Positions 27,687 to 37,402 of a stretch of 64,000 bases of DNA are shown here, one piece after another (position 1 is the first letter of the stretch; every line of letters starts with the position of its first letter). Both the position numbers and the translations under genes were made by a program. The notes below the pieces were generated by a model. The model searched no databases and was not told the DNA's origin. It saw only the letters and a list, made by a program, of their open reading frames with translations. The stretch is from Xanthobacteraceae bacterium (GTDB lineage: Bacteria > Pseudomonadota > Alphaproteobacteria > Rhizobiales > Xanthobacteraceae), in NCBI GenBank assembly GCA_035263865.1, contig DATFQX010000214.1, forward strand, positions 1,631 through 65,630. Reading direction: 5' to 3'.

Positions 27687-29948
27687 ATGGCGATCGAGAG
27701 CGTCGCGCTCCCGAAATTGTCGCTGCATACTGCTGCTGAGGGACCGTTCTACTTTCCGGCGACGGGTCCGGCCTCTCGACCGCGTCGCACCCTCAAGCAC
27801 GGCGATACGTTCATCGTCGTCGACAGCCACGGCGACATCGGCGCCTCGCCGGGCGGCACCGACGGGCTCTTCTATTGCGACACGCGCTTTCTCTCTCGTC
27901 TCGAGCTCTTGCTCAACGGGGTACAGCCGTTGCTGCTCGGCTCAAACGTGCGTGACGACAACAGCCAGCTCACTGTCGACCTGACCAATCCGGATATCTA
28001 TTTCGACCAGCGGCTTGTCCTGCCCAAGGACACCCTGCATCTCGTGCGCACCATTTTTCTCTGGCACGATACCGCGTATCAGCGGTTCGCGATCCGCAAT
28101 TACGGCGACAATGCGGTCGATCTGCAGCTCACCATTGTGTTCGATAGCGATTTTGCCGACCTTTTCGAGGTGCGCGGCTTGCATCGCAGCAAGCACGGTC
28201 GCATCGATCACGCCTGCGGGGCGGACACAGGAGTCCTGACGTATTCCGGTCTCGATGGCAAGCGGCGCCAAAGCACGTTGAATTTCGATCCGCAGCCTGC
28301 CGAGCTGACGCAGACGAGCGCCAGCTATGTCATCCATCTGCCGCCGAAGCGGGCGAAGACAATGTTCTTGACAGTGGGCTGCGGCATTCCCGCCCCGCCG
28401 AAGCCAGTGGCGTTCCTGCGCGGATTGCGAGCGGCCCACCGCGAGCTGCGTCATGCCTCGCAAAATGCCGGCACGGTTGTGAGTTCAAATGACATCTTCA
28501 ACGAGATCGTGTGCAGATCCATGGCCGATCTGTACATGCTGATGACGCAGACGCCGCAGGGACGCTATCCCTACGCCGGCATTCCTTGGTACTCGACCAC
28601 CTTCGGCCGCGACGGATTGATCACCGCCCTGCAGATGCTTTGGGTCGATCCACGCATTGCCGAGGGTGTGCTGCGACGGCTCGCTGCCTTTCAGGCCAAG
28701 CATCACGACGACGCATCCGACGCCCAGCCGGGAAAAATCTTGCATGAAATGCGCGAAGGAGAGATGGCGACGCTTGGGGAGGTGCCCTTCGGGCTCTACT
28801 ACGGCAGCGTCGACGCCACGCCCTTATTTGTGATGCTGGCCGGGCTTTTTGCCGAACGGACCGGAGACGACGCCATTATCGTCGAGCTGTGGCCGGCAAT
28901 CGAAGCCGCGCTCGCCTGGATCGATGGTCCCGGTGATCTCGATGGCGACGGCTTTCTCGAATATTACCGCGCAACCGAGCGGGGCCTCGCCAATCAAGGC
29001 TGGAAGGACTCCGAAGACGCGGTTTTTCATGCCGATGGGCGCCTTGCAGAGGGCCCAATCGCGCTGGCGGAGGTGCAAGGCTACGTCTACTGCGCCAAAC
29101 AGGTTCTGGCGCGTTGCGCCGAACGGCTCGGCTGGACAGAACGCGCGCGGCTCCTCAAGGCTGAAGCCGATCAACTGGCCGAGCGATTCGACACAAGCTT
29201 CTGGTGTCCGGAGTTGGGCACGTACGCGCTGGCGCTCGACGGAAATAAGGAGCCTTGTCGAGTCCGGAGCTCCAATGCCGGGCAGGTTCTGTTCACTGGC
29301 ATCGCCAAGTTCGATCGAGCCGTCGAGGTGGCCGACGGCTTGTTGCGGCCGCAATTCTTCTCCGGGTGGGGCATTCGCACCATTGCCAACTCGGAAGCGC
29401 GGTATAATCCAATGTCGTACCACAATGGCTCGATCTGGCCGCATGATAACGCGCTGATCGCGCTGGGTTTGGCCCGCTACGACCTCAAGCGCTCGCTCGA
29501 GCGGATGTTCGAAGCCTTGTTCGACGCCGCGAGCTATTTCGAAATGCGGCGATTGCCCGAGCTGTTCTGTGGGTTTCAACGCAGCCGCGGGCGCGGGCCG
29601 ACCCATTATCCCGTCGCCTGCTCGCCACAGGCGTGGGCCAGCGCGACTCCGTTCACGCTAATCGAGGCGTCGCTCGGATTGCAATTCGACCCTGCTGCAA
29701 ACGAAATTCGCCTGCGCAACCCCCGCCTGCCGCGGTTTCTGGACGAGCTGGTGCTGCGCAATCTGCAACTCAAGCAATCCAGCGTGGACTTGAAGGTGCG
29801 CCGCCACGCCAACGAAGTCTCGGTGGAAATTCTCGAGCGGCGCGGGCACATCCAGGTTTCGGCCGTGTTCGGCCGAACCGCCGATCCTGCCGGACGCGCC
29901 CCTGGAGAATCTTGGACCAGCTCGGATCCGCATCGGCCGCCAACTTGA
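27687..29948 (+). CDS. amylo-alpha-1,6-glucosidase family protein (GDE_N_bis + GDE_C domains)
   Basis: N-terminal GDTFIVVDSHGDI...GLFYCDTRFLSRLEL, with the catalytic-domain hallmark YAGIPWYSTTFGRDGLI and WPHDNA. Confidence 0.85.
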   Translation: MAIESVALPKLSLHTAAEGPFYFPATGPASRPRRTLKHGDTFIVVDSHGDIGASPGGTDGLFYCDTRFLSRLELLLNGVQPLLLGSNVRDDNSQLTVDLTNPDIYFDQRLVLPKDTLHLVRTIFLWHDTAYQRFAIRNYGDNAVDLQLTIVFDSDFADLFEVRGLHRSKHGRIDHACGADTGVLTYSGLDGKRRQSTLNFDPQPAELTQTSASYVIHLPPKRAKTMFLTVGCGIPAPPKPVAFLRGLRAAHRELRHASQNAGTVVSSNDIFNEIVCRSMADLYMLMTQTPQGRYPYAGIPWYSTTFGRDGLITALQMLWVDPRIAEGVLRRLAAFQAKHHDDASDAQPGKILHEMREGEMATLGEVPFGLYYGSVDATPLFVMLAGLFAERTGDDAIIVELWPAIEAALAWIDGPGDLDGDGFLEYYRATERGLANQGWKDSEDAVFHADGRLAEGPIALAEVQGYVYCAKQVLARCAERLGWTERARLLKAEADQLAERFDTSFWCPELGTYALALDGNKEPCRVRSSNAGQVLFTGIAKFDRAVEVADGLLRPQFFSGWGIRTIANSEARYNPMSYHNGSIWPHDNALIALGLARYDLKRSLERMFEALFDAASYFEMRRLPELFCGFQRSRGRGPTHYPVACSPQAWASATPFTLIEASLGLQFDPAANEIRLRNPRLPRFLDELVLRNLQLKQSSVDLKVRRHANEVSVEILERRGHIQVSAVFGRTADPAGRAPGESWTSSDPHRPPT

Positions 29949-29997
29949 TTATGGCGCCTTCATGCGAGCGTTGGCGATAGCGAACGATGGCAAAAAC

Positions 29998-30288
29998 ATG
30001 TGTCGAAACATAAGGACCCTTTACAACTTCCAGCCACCCGCCAATGACGAGGAGATCCGTGCGTCAGCTCTGCAATTCGTCCGAAAGTTGAGCGGCTTCG
30101 CGCGCCCCTCCAAAGCAAACCAGCAGGCGTTCACCCGCGCGGTTGAGCAGGTCGCCCAAGCGACGCGCGAGCTCATCGATTCGCTTGTCACCGATGCTCC
30201 ACCCCGCGATCGCGACGTCGAGGCCGCGAAGGCGCGCGCGAGGGCAGCGAGCCGTTTTCCACCCTCGCAAGCCCGACGCGGCGCGTAG
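29998..30288 (+). CDS. DUF2277 domain-containing protein
   Basis: The ATG at 29998 gives MCRNIRTLYNFQPPANDEEIRASALQFVRKLSG, the N-terminus I recall for DUF2277. Confidence 0.7.
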   Translation: MCRNIRTLYNFQPPANDEEIRASALQFVRKLSGFARPSKANQQAFTRAVEQVAQATRELIDSLVTDAPPRDRDVEAAKARARAASRFPPSQARRGA

Positions 30289-30327
30289 CGCATCCAGTGC
30301 GCGTGCGATCGCCTCCTACCAGCGAAC

Positions 30328-31020
30328 TTACTCGCGGTGCGAGACCACGCGGAAAGTCCAGCTGGCAAGTGCATCCATCATCTCACGTCTGACCTCGGCA
30401 TCCTTGACCCCGCTGCGCGCGGGCAGGCGGAAGGAATGATCAGCGTTTTGGAACAGCTGCAACGATGCGCGCGCGCCAAGACGCCGTGTCAGCCGCTCGA
30501 GCAGGCTGAGATCCGCGAGCTTGTCGCGCGTCCCTTGCAGAAAAAGCATCGGTACCTGGATATCGAAAAGATGCTCGGCGCGCTCGTCGGACGGCCGCCC
30601 GGCCGGATGCAGCGGAAAGCCCAGAAACGCGAGGCCGCGGACGCCAGGTAGCGCGGACGCAGCCTGCGCCTGCGACGTCATGCGCCCGCCGAATGATTTG
30701 CCGCCCGCGACGAGAGGTAGTGCCGGCAGAACCCGGCGGGCTTCTGCCACAGCGGCTCGAACCGTCGCGTGCGCGAGCTTGGGCGCGTCCGGCCGTTTGG
30801 CGCCTTGCTCGATGAACGGAAACTGATAGCGCAGGGTGGCAATGTCGCGCTGGCTGAGTTCCATTGCGACAGACTCCATGAATGGGTGGAACATTCCGGC
30901 CCCCGCCCCGTGCGCAAGTACGTAGCAGGCGCGCGGCCGCGGCGGCACCGAGAGGAGCCCGGAGACGGTACCTGCATCCCCGACCCTTAGGGTGAAGCGT
31001 TCCGCATCTGAGCGGTTCAT
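30328..31020 (-). CDS. alpha/beta hydrolase (dienelactone hydrolase-like, KANL3/Tex30 type)
   Basis: YVLAHGAGAGM, nucleophile elbow GGKSFGGR and C-terminal DHSF. Confidence 0.8.
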   Translation of the reverse strand: MNRSDAERFTLRVGDAGTVSGLLSVPPRPRACYVLAHGAGAGMFHPFMESVAMELSQRDIATLRYQFPFIEQGAKRPDAPKLAHATVRAAVAEARRVLPALPLVAGGKSFGGRMTSQAQAASALPGVRGLAFLGFPLHPAGRPSDERAEHLFDIQVPMLFLQGTRDKLADLSLLERLTRRLGARASLQLFQNADHSFRLPARSGVKDAEVRREMMDALASWTFRVVSHRE

Positions 31021-31139
31021 GCCCTAGTCGGACTGACCCATCTGTGGAAAGGGAGCCGAGTTTCGCCTACATTTTCCAACATGAAAAGATCGCGCCGGCT
31101 TCATGCAAGCCCGCGATGAGCTGTCCCTGAGATGGCGCA

Positions 31140-31826
31140 ATGAGCGTCAAAGATTTCGATATCCTGCGCCAACAGATGCTGGTGGAAATCTCCGCCGGCG
31201 TATTTCACGTGAGCGGCGTGCTCGGCAAGACGGCTCTCGATGACCGTGTGATGAGTGCGATAGGGAAGGTGCCGCGGCACGAATTCGTACCGGTCGAACT
31301 TCAGCCGTACGCCTACGCCAACATTCCGCTTCCGATCGGGTTCGAAAAGACGATCTCGCAGCCGTTCATTGTCGCGCTGATGACCGATCTGTTGGACCTT
31401 AGCGAAAACGACACCGTGCTCGAGATTGGCACCGGGCTAGGCTACCAGGCGGCGATCCTCGCGCAGCTGGCGCGGCAGGTGTACAGCATCGAAATCATCG
31501 AAGAGCTCGCCCGACAAGCAAAGCAGCGATTGCGTCGGCAGGGCTGTAGCAACATTGAGATCAGGATCGCCAACGGCTATCATGGCTGGTCGGAGCACGC
31601 TCCGTTCGACAAGATGATCGTCACGGCGGCTCCGGATCTCATTCCGCCACCCCTGATCCATCAACTCAAAGCGGGTGGGAAAATGGTGATTCCCGCAGGC
31701 CTGCCTGATGCGCAGCAGCTGCTGCTCCTGGAAAAGAACGGCGCCGGGAAGGTGACGACGAGGGAGATCCTGCAGGTGCGGTTCTCGCAACTCGAACAAA
31801 CCGAACCGGGGATCACATCAAACTAG
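31140..31826 (+). CDS. pcm: protein-L-isoaspartate O-methyltransferase
   Basis: TISQPFIVALM, the SAM motif LEIGTGLGYQAAILA, and IVTAA. Confidence 0.9.
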   Translation: MSVKDFDILRQQMLVEISAGVFHVSGVLGKTALDDRVMSAIGKVPRHEFVPVELQPYAYANIPLPIGFEKTISQPFIVALMTDLLDLSENDTVLEIGTGLGYQAAILAQLARQVYSIEIIEELARQAKQRLRRQGCSNIEIRIANGYHGWSEHAPFDKMIVTAAPDLIPPPLIHQLKAGGKMVIPAGLPDAQQLLLLEKNGAGKVTTREILQVRFSQLEQTEPGITSN

Positions 31827-31840
31827 GGGGGCAGAACACC

Positions 31841-32035
31841 GTGCTTGAATTCACCGTCGGGATCAACATCGCCGGCAAACACGAGAGCGTGACGGTAGCG
31901 GCGGAGGATGCACTCATCGCTGCGCTAAAGGTGAAGTGCGAGCGGCCGGACGCTCTAATCAATTACGTGCGCCGACGCAACAAACGCGGCGACGTCCGTC
32001 ATCCGCACGGGGCCATCGCCGCCAAGACCGAGTGA
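31841..32035 (+). CDS. hypothetical small protein (64 aa, GTG start)
   Basis: High third-position GC and a position 15 nt after pcm. I recognise no family. Confidence 0.4.
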   Translation: MLEFTVGINIAGKHESVTVAAEDALIAALKVKCERPDALINYVRRRNKRGDVRHPHGAIAAKTE

Positions 32036-32069
32036 TCGCGAGATGCTGCATTGATTGGATTGCGGGCGC

Positions 32070-32423
32070 ATGATTGAAGGCATCAGTGCCGTTACGCTCG
32101 CCACTCACGACATGTCGCGCGCAGTGCTTTTCTATCGCATGCTGGGCTTCGAGATGCTTTATGGTGGAGGCGACGCGGCGTTCACGAGCTTTCGGGCGGG
32201 AACGAGCTATGTCAATCTGATCGCCCAACCCTCCGAGCAAAACTGGTCCTGGTGGGGGCGTGTCATCTTCTACCATTCCGATGTCGATTCGCTGCACGCC
32301 AGCGTGATCGCAGCCGGCTATCGTCCGGACACCGCACCGCGCGATGCCGAATGGGGCGAGCGGTTCTTCCATCTGACCGACCCGGACGGTCACGAGCTCA
32401 GCTTCGCCAAGCCGCTGCGCTGA
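32070..32423 (+). CDS. VOC (glyoxalase/bleomycin-resistance) family protein
   Basis: The ATG at 32070 starts MIEGISAVTLATHDMSRAVLFYRMLGF, and the C-terminus has FHLTDPDGHELSF. Confidence 0.8.
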   Translation: MIEGISAVTLATHDMSRAVLFYRMLGFEMLYGGGDAAFTSFRAGTSYVNLIAQPSEQNWSWWGRVIFYHSDVDSLHASVIAAGYRPDTAPRDAEWGERFFHLTDPDGHELSFAKPLR

Positions 32424-32433
32424 TCAGCCTGCG

Positions 32434-34827
32434 ATGACCAACCTCGACCAGGTAGCCCCGCTGGCGAACTCGAGCTTCCGCTCGATCGGCAAGCCCATCC
32501 CTCGCAAGGAGGACGAGCGGCTCGTGACCGGCCACGGCCTCTTCAGCGACGATTTCAACGTCGAGGACCAGGGCTACGCGGTAATGCTGCGCTCCCCGCA
32601 CCCGCACGCGCGCATCATCGGCATCGATGCTGTGCAAGCCAAAGCGATGCCGGGGGTGCTTGGCGTGTTCACCGGCGTTGATTGCCTTGCCGATGGACTT
32701 GCGGCCGTTCCCCACGATCCACTGCCGAAGACCAAATGCGACATGAAGTTGCATGCTGCCGGCGGCGGTGCGGTCTTCATCGGCCCGCACATGCTGTTGC
32801 CCGCCGAGCGGGTTCGCCATGTCGGCGAGGCCATCGTCATGGTCGTGGCCGAGAGCGTGCCGCAGGCGCTCGACGCGGCGGAGTCGATCAAGGTCGACTA
32901 CGAAGTGTTGCCGGGAATCTACCATTCCGAAGACGCGCTACGCCCCGCCGCGCCGGTGCTTTGGAGCGAGGTGCCGGACAACGTTCCGATCGACACCTTA
33001 TTCGGCGATCGGCAGGCGACCGACGAAGCATTCGCGCGTGCCGACCACGTCTTGGCGATGGACTTCCATATCGAGCGTGTGACTGGCGTGCCGCTCGAGC
33101 CGCGCGCTGCGCTCGGAGAGTACGATGCGGCGAGCGGCCGCTACACCCTTCACGCCGGCAGTGGGGGTGCGGTGCGGCAGAAGCGCGAGCTTGCCGCCGT
33201 GCTCGGCATCGCGCCCGAACGCCTGCGCGTGCTCTCCAACGACGTCGGCGGCAATTTCGGCACGCGCAACCGCATCTTCGTCGAATTTGCACTCGTACTG
33301 TGGGCGGCGCACAAGCTCGGTCGCCCGGTCAAGTTCACCGCAACGCGATCCGAGGCGTTCCTTACCGATTACCAGGGGCGCGACTTAGTCACCCGCGTCG
33401 AGCTAGCGCTCGCCCGCGACGGCCGCTTCCTCGCGATGCGCGCGACCAATATCAGCAATGTGGGCGGCTACTGCGTTTCCCTTTCGCCGTTGTCGAAAGG
33501 AGCGGGCCTGATTGTGGGGCCATACCTCATTCCCCACGCTGCGCTGCGCGCGATGGCGGTATTCACCAATACCATGCCCACCAACGCCTATCGTAGCTCC
33601 GGGCGGCCGGAGGTGACCTTCGCGATCGAACGGCTTGTCGACACCGCCGCGCAGCAACTCGGCATCGATCGCATCGAGCTGCGGCGCAAGAATCTCATTC
33701 GCCCCGAAGCGATGCCTTACCGCAATGCTGTCGGCATGACCTACGACAGCGGGCGCTACCGGGAAAATATGGAACGGGCGATGGACGTCGCTGATTGGAA
33801 TGGTTTCGAGGAGCGCCGCAGCGCGGCGGCAAAACGCGGCAAGCTGCTCGGACGCGGACTCGCTTGCTACGTCGAATCCTCAATCGGCGCACCCAACGAG
33901 CAGACGCGGATCACGGTTCGGCCGCAGCGACGCGTGGACGTGGTGATCGGCACCCAGCCGAGCGGCCAAGGCCACGAGACAAGTTTTGCGCAAGTCATTT
34001 CCGACCTTCTGCACGTTCCCCTCGACAGCGTGAAGATCATTCACGGCGACACCGATGTGGTGCAGGTGGGTGGAGGATCCCATTCCGGCCGTTCCCTGCG
34101 CCATGCCGCAACGCTGTTCACGAAGGCGCTGCCCGATCTCATTGCGCAGGGCAAGAAAATCGCGGCACAAATCCTGCAATCGACGCCGGATCAGATCGAA
34201 TTCGACGACGGCAGGTTCAGCGCGCGCGCGACCAACCGCACCTTCGACTTTCTCGACCTCGCCGAGGAGGCCGCCCGACGCGACCTGCCGCAGGAGCTGA
34301 AAGGCGGGATCGCGGTGGTCACCGACCACGAGATGCACGATCCGGTATTCCCCAATGGCTGCGCCATCTGCGAGGTCGAAGTCGACCCCGAAACTGGCGG
34401 AGTTGCGCTGACGCGTTATGCGTCGGTTGACGATGTCGGGCGGTGCATCAATCCGCTGATCGTTCATGGCCAGACTCACGGCGCAATCGCGCAGGGCGTT
34501 GGGCAGGCACTGTGGGAGCAGTGCTACGTCGATCGCGAGTCCGGCCAGCCGCTCGTCGGTTCCCTCATGGACTACGGCGTGCCGCGGGCGGATACGCTGC
34601 CGTCGTTCGTAACGGAGATTGCCGAGGTCCTCTCTCCCACCAATCCGCTCGGGATCAAAGCGGGCGGCGAAGGCGGCACCACGGCGGCGCCGGCGGTGGT
34701 GATCAGCGCGATCGTGGACGCGTTGCACGACTACGGCGTGCGCGACATCAAGATGCCGGCCACGCCTTACAATGTGTGGAAAACAATTCAGGACGCTCAG
34801 TCAGCTGGAAAAGGCATCAAGGCATGA
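32434..34827 (+). CDS. xanthine dehydrogenase family molybdopterin-binding (large) subunit, CoxL-like
   Basis: PRKEDERLVTGHGLFSDD N-terminus, active-site loop AYRSSGRPE and IKAGGEGGT. No Fe-S or FAD subunit genes are adjacent. Confidence 0.9.
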   Translation: MTNLDQVAPLANSSFRSIGKPIPRKEDERLVTGHGLFSDDFNVEDQGYAVMLRSPHPHARIIGIDAVQAKAMPGVLGVFTGVDCLADGLAAVPHDPLPKTKCDMKLHAAGGGAVFIGPHMLLPAERVRHVGEAIVMVVAESVPQALDAAESIKVDYEVLPGIYHSEDALRPAAPVLWSEVPDNVPIDTLFGDRQATDEAFARADHVLAMDFHIERVTGVPLEPRAALGEYDAASGRYTLHAGSGGAVRQKRELAAVLGIAPERLRVLSNDVGGNFGTRNRIFVEFALVLWAAHKLGRPVKFTATRSEAFLTDYQGRDLVTRVELALARDGRFLAMRATNISNVGGYCVSLSPLSKGAGLIVGPYLIPHAALRAMAVFTNTMPTNAYRSSGRPEVTFAIERLVDTAAQQLGIDRIELRRKNLIRPEAMPYRNAVGMTYDSGRYRENMERAMDVADWNGFEERRSAAAKRGKLLGRGLACYVESSIGAPNEQTRITVRPQRRVDVVIGTQPSGQGHETSFAQVISDLLHVPLDSVKIIHGDTDVVQVGGGSHSGRSLRHAATLFTKALPDLIAQGKKIAAQILQSTPDQIEFDDGRFSARATNRTFDFLDLAEEAARRDLPQELKGGIAVVTDHEMHDPVFPNGCAICEVEVDPETGGVALTRYASVDDVGRCINPLIVHGQTHGAIAQGVGQALWEQCYVDRESGQPLVGSLMDYGVPRADTLPSFVTEIAEVLSPTNPLGIKAGGEGGTTAAPAVVISAIVDALHDYGVRDIKMPATPYNVWKTIQDAQSAGKGIKA

Positions 34828-34896
34828 GGGGAGTTGGGCCTCTCATGCGATCGTTGCGCGCGTGGCGGAGTTCTAAAGCCAGCCGACGAGCAGCCG

Positions 34897-35682
34897 CTAT
34901 CGTGCGCGGATGGGAAAATCATGCGACGACGTGCGAGCGGATCTTGTGTAAGAAAAATGCCACCACTCGCGGTGGTAGTTGCCGAATCCCCGTTTGCGCA
35001 TGGCCTCCAGCAGCGTGTTTCGCCAGCGCCGCTGGTCGGCATTGATGGCGTTGCTCGCGGTGTGGCTCGCCGAATCGAAGCAGTCGAAGCTCGTGCCCAT
35101 GTCGACGCTATTGTCCGGGCTGCGCTGCGCTGCGAGCCCGGTGCATGGGCCATAGTCGGCGGCCCGATCGAAGGGCGCGGGCGGCGTGGCCGGCGTCTTG
35201 ATCAACGTGAGGTCGATCGTGGTGCCGGTCGAATGCTGAGATCGCGCAGCGATATAGCCGAGCCTCATCAGCGAATTTTTTGGCAGTCTAGGGAAGAAGC
35301 GCTTCGTGGCGCCGTCGGGGCGGCCATTGTTCACCCATTCCGCCATGCCGCGCACGGCGCGCGTCGGCCGATAGCAATCGTAAACCTTGAGCGAGAGTCC
35401 CGAGCCCGCAAGGTCCGCCTGCACTCGCTTGAGCGCAGCCGCGACGTCTTGCCGGAGAACGCACTCTGCCGCCTCGTAGCCGGGCAGCGGCCGGCCGACG
35501 AAATTGTCGAATCCGGAGTAACGAATATCCTGGGCGATGCTCGGGTCCACGTCGCGCAGATAAACAAGGCCGGAGGGCAACGCGCTCTGCGCCCCTGCAT
35601 GTTTCCCCAACGCGAGAAGTGCGATCGCGACCGCGGCGGCCCACGATCGAAGGGCGGCCGCTTCAGCGCAATCCAATCGCAT
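34897..35682 (-). CDS. M15 family D-alanyl-D-alanine dipeptidase (VanX/DdpX-like), secreted
   Basis: Signal peptide, then SQHSTGTTIDLTL and REWWHFSY, the Zn-ligand motifs of VanX-type peptidases. Confidence 0.85.
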   Translation of the reverse strand: MRLDCAEAAALRSWAAAVAIALLALGKHAGAQSALPSGLVYLRDVDPSIAQDIRYSGFDNFVGRPLPGYEAAECVLRQDVAAALKRVQADLAGSGLSLKVYDCYRPTRAVRGMAEWVNNGRPDGATKRFFPRLPKNSLMRLGYIAARSQHSTGTTIDLTLIKTPATPPAPFDRAADYGPCTGLAAQRSPDNSVDMGTSFDCFDSASHTASNAINADQRRWRNTLLEAMRKRGFGNYHREWWHFSYTRSARTSSHDFPIRAR

Positions 35683-35788
35683 GCAATGTCCTAGGAGGAA
35701 GGCCCGCGGTCGAGTATATATCGCATTGCCGTTCTTGGATCAGGGGTTTCCGACGGCGGATCACTGCGGTGCAAGCCTGGAGAAAAAT

Positions 35789-36385
35789 TTGAAGGCTCGA
35801 AACGTACTGTTGCTGGGATTGGCCGGCATGATTTTGGGATGCGAAAGTCGCCTCACCCCGGAGCAGGCAGGCTTGCTGGATGCCGTTGCATTCATCACCG
35901 GCGGCCAGCAGGAAGGCGCGCAACAGCAAGGATTTGAGACGCGCTGGCGACGGACCGTTGAAGGGCAGCAGATCCAATATGAGTCCATCCGCCAGAATAC
36001 CGGCTTCGGCGAAGCAAACGATGCGCATCGTGAAAGCCGTCATGTCAAAATCGACGTGAACATCTCCTCGCCGCAAAAATGCGTCTTCAAGACGGTAGTC
36101 ATGACCGCCTATTCCAAAGGCACAAGCAAGGAGAGCTTCTACGCGCCGTCGAATGAAACAACCACGTTGGATTTCAATAAAGTGCAGCGCATCGATCTCG
36201 AAGAAGGCAATCCCCCGAGCGTCGTGATCGAGGGGAAAGACTGGCTGTGCAGGCAGGACACGTGTCAGGACAAGACCACGATGGGAATTTCAGCGTCCCG
36301 ACAGGACGACCTCGCTCGCGCGATCGAGAGTAAGCGTCGCGCCACCGATTTCATCAGGAAAGCGTGCCCGGGAACGCGGCGCTAG
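35789..36385 (+). CDS. hypothetical lipoprotein
   Basis: The TTG at 35789 follows GGAGA. Lipobox LAGMILGC. GC content is visibly lower than in the neighbours. I recognise no family. Confidence 0.5.
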   Translation: MKARNVLLLGLAGMILGCESRLTPEQAGLLDAVAFITGGQQEGAQQQGFETRWRRTVEGQQIQYESIRQNTGFGEANDAHRESRHVKIDVNISSPQKCVFKTVVMTAYSKGTSKESFYAPSNETTTLDFNKVQRIDLEEGNPPSVVIEGKDWLCRQDTCQDKTTMGISASRQDDLARAIESKRRATDFIRKACPGTRR

Positions 36386-36409
36386 AACGCGCGCCTCGGC
36401 GCGAGGTGA

Positions 36410-37399
36410 TCACTCCGCCTTGATACCGGCAAAGTTGGCCACGCTACGCCACTTCTCGATCTCTTCGGCAATGAACTTTCCGAAATCGGCGGGCGAACCC
36501 GCGAACACCGCAGCGCCCACGTCGGCCAATCGCTTCTGCATGTTCGGATCGGCGAGCGCGGCGTTCACCTCTTTGTTGAGCCGCTCGATAATCTCGACGG
36601 GAGTCGACTTGGGCGCGACAAGTCCGTACCAGCCCCTCGCCTCGTAGCCCGGCAGAAATTCGGCGATGGTCGGGACGTCCGGCAAAAGCTCCTGACGCTT
36701 TGCCGTAGTTACGGCCAGTGCGCGCAGCGTGCCCGCCCTGATATAGCCAAGCGACGCAGGCATGACGCCGAACAAGACCTGCACCTGTCCGCTGATCAGA
36801 TCAGGCAGCGCGTGCCCCTCCCCGCGATAAGGAACGTGGATCATCTCCACGCCGGCCATCATCTTGAACAGCTCTCCGGCGACATGCAGCGGGGTCGCAT
36901 TCCCACCCGAGGCCATGTTGAGCTTGCCGGGATTAGCCTTGGCGTAGGCAATGAACTCCGGCACCGTCTTCGCCGGAACGGATGGGTTTGTCTCCATGAC
37001 CAGCGGAATGCTGGCGATGCTTGCCACAGGCGCAATGTCGCGGATGAAATTGAAAGGGAGGTTCTCATAGACGGCCGCATTGATGGCATTCGCGGAAATC
37101 GCCAAGAGTAGAGTGTAGCCGTCCGCCGGCGCTCGCAGGGCGATTTCGGTACCGATAGCAGTGCCGGCCCCGGTGCGATTCTCGACAACGATCGGCTGCC
37201 CGAGCCGCTCCAATAGCCACTGGCCGATCAGGCGGGCGATGATGTCGGGCGATCCCCCCGGAGCAGTGGTGACGATCAGACGAATCGGCCGCGAAGGATA
37301 GCTCTGCGCCCGTGCAACTGGAGAAAGGGCGTGCAGTACGGCAGCACTCGCTCCCGCAGAGAGAAGCCAGCGCCGCCGACGTTTCATTGCCGCCGCCAT
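36410..37399 (-). CDS. Bug/TctC family substrate-binding protein
   Basis: YPSRPIRLIVTTAPGGSPDI and HVPYRGEGHALPDLISGQVQ. Confidence 0.9.
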   Translation of the reverse strand: MAAAMKRRRRWLLSAGASAAVLHALSPVARAQSYPSRPIRLIVTTAPGGSPDIIARLIGQWLLERLGQPIVVENRTGAGTAIGTEIALRAPADGYTLLLAISANAINAAVYENLPFNFIRDIAPVASIASIPLVMETNPSVPAKTVPEFIAYAKANPGKLNMASGGNATPLHVAGELFKMMAGVEMIHVPYRGEGHALPDLISGQVQVLFGVMPASLGYIRAGTLRALAVTTAKRQELLPDVPTIAEFLPGYEARGWYGLVAPKSTPVEIIERLNKEVNAALADPNMQKRLADVGAAVFAGSPADFGKFIAEEIEKWRSVANFAGIKAE

Positions 37400-37402
37400 G
37401 CC

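Noticed and set aside
15332-34827. Calling either Mo-enzyme large subunit an aerobic CO dehydrogenase (CoxL).
   Set aside because: Neither carries the form-I AYRCSFR loop (they read VVRGAGR and AYRSSGR), and no coxM/coxS genes accompany them.
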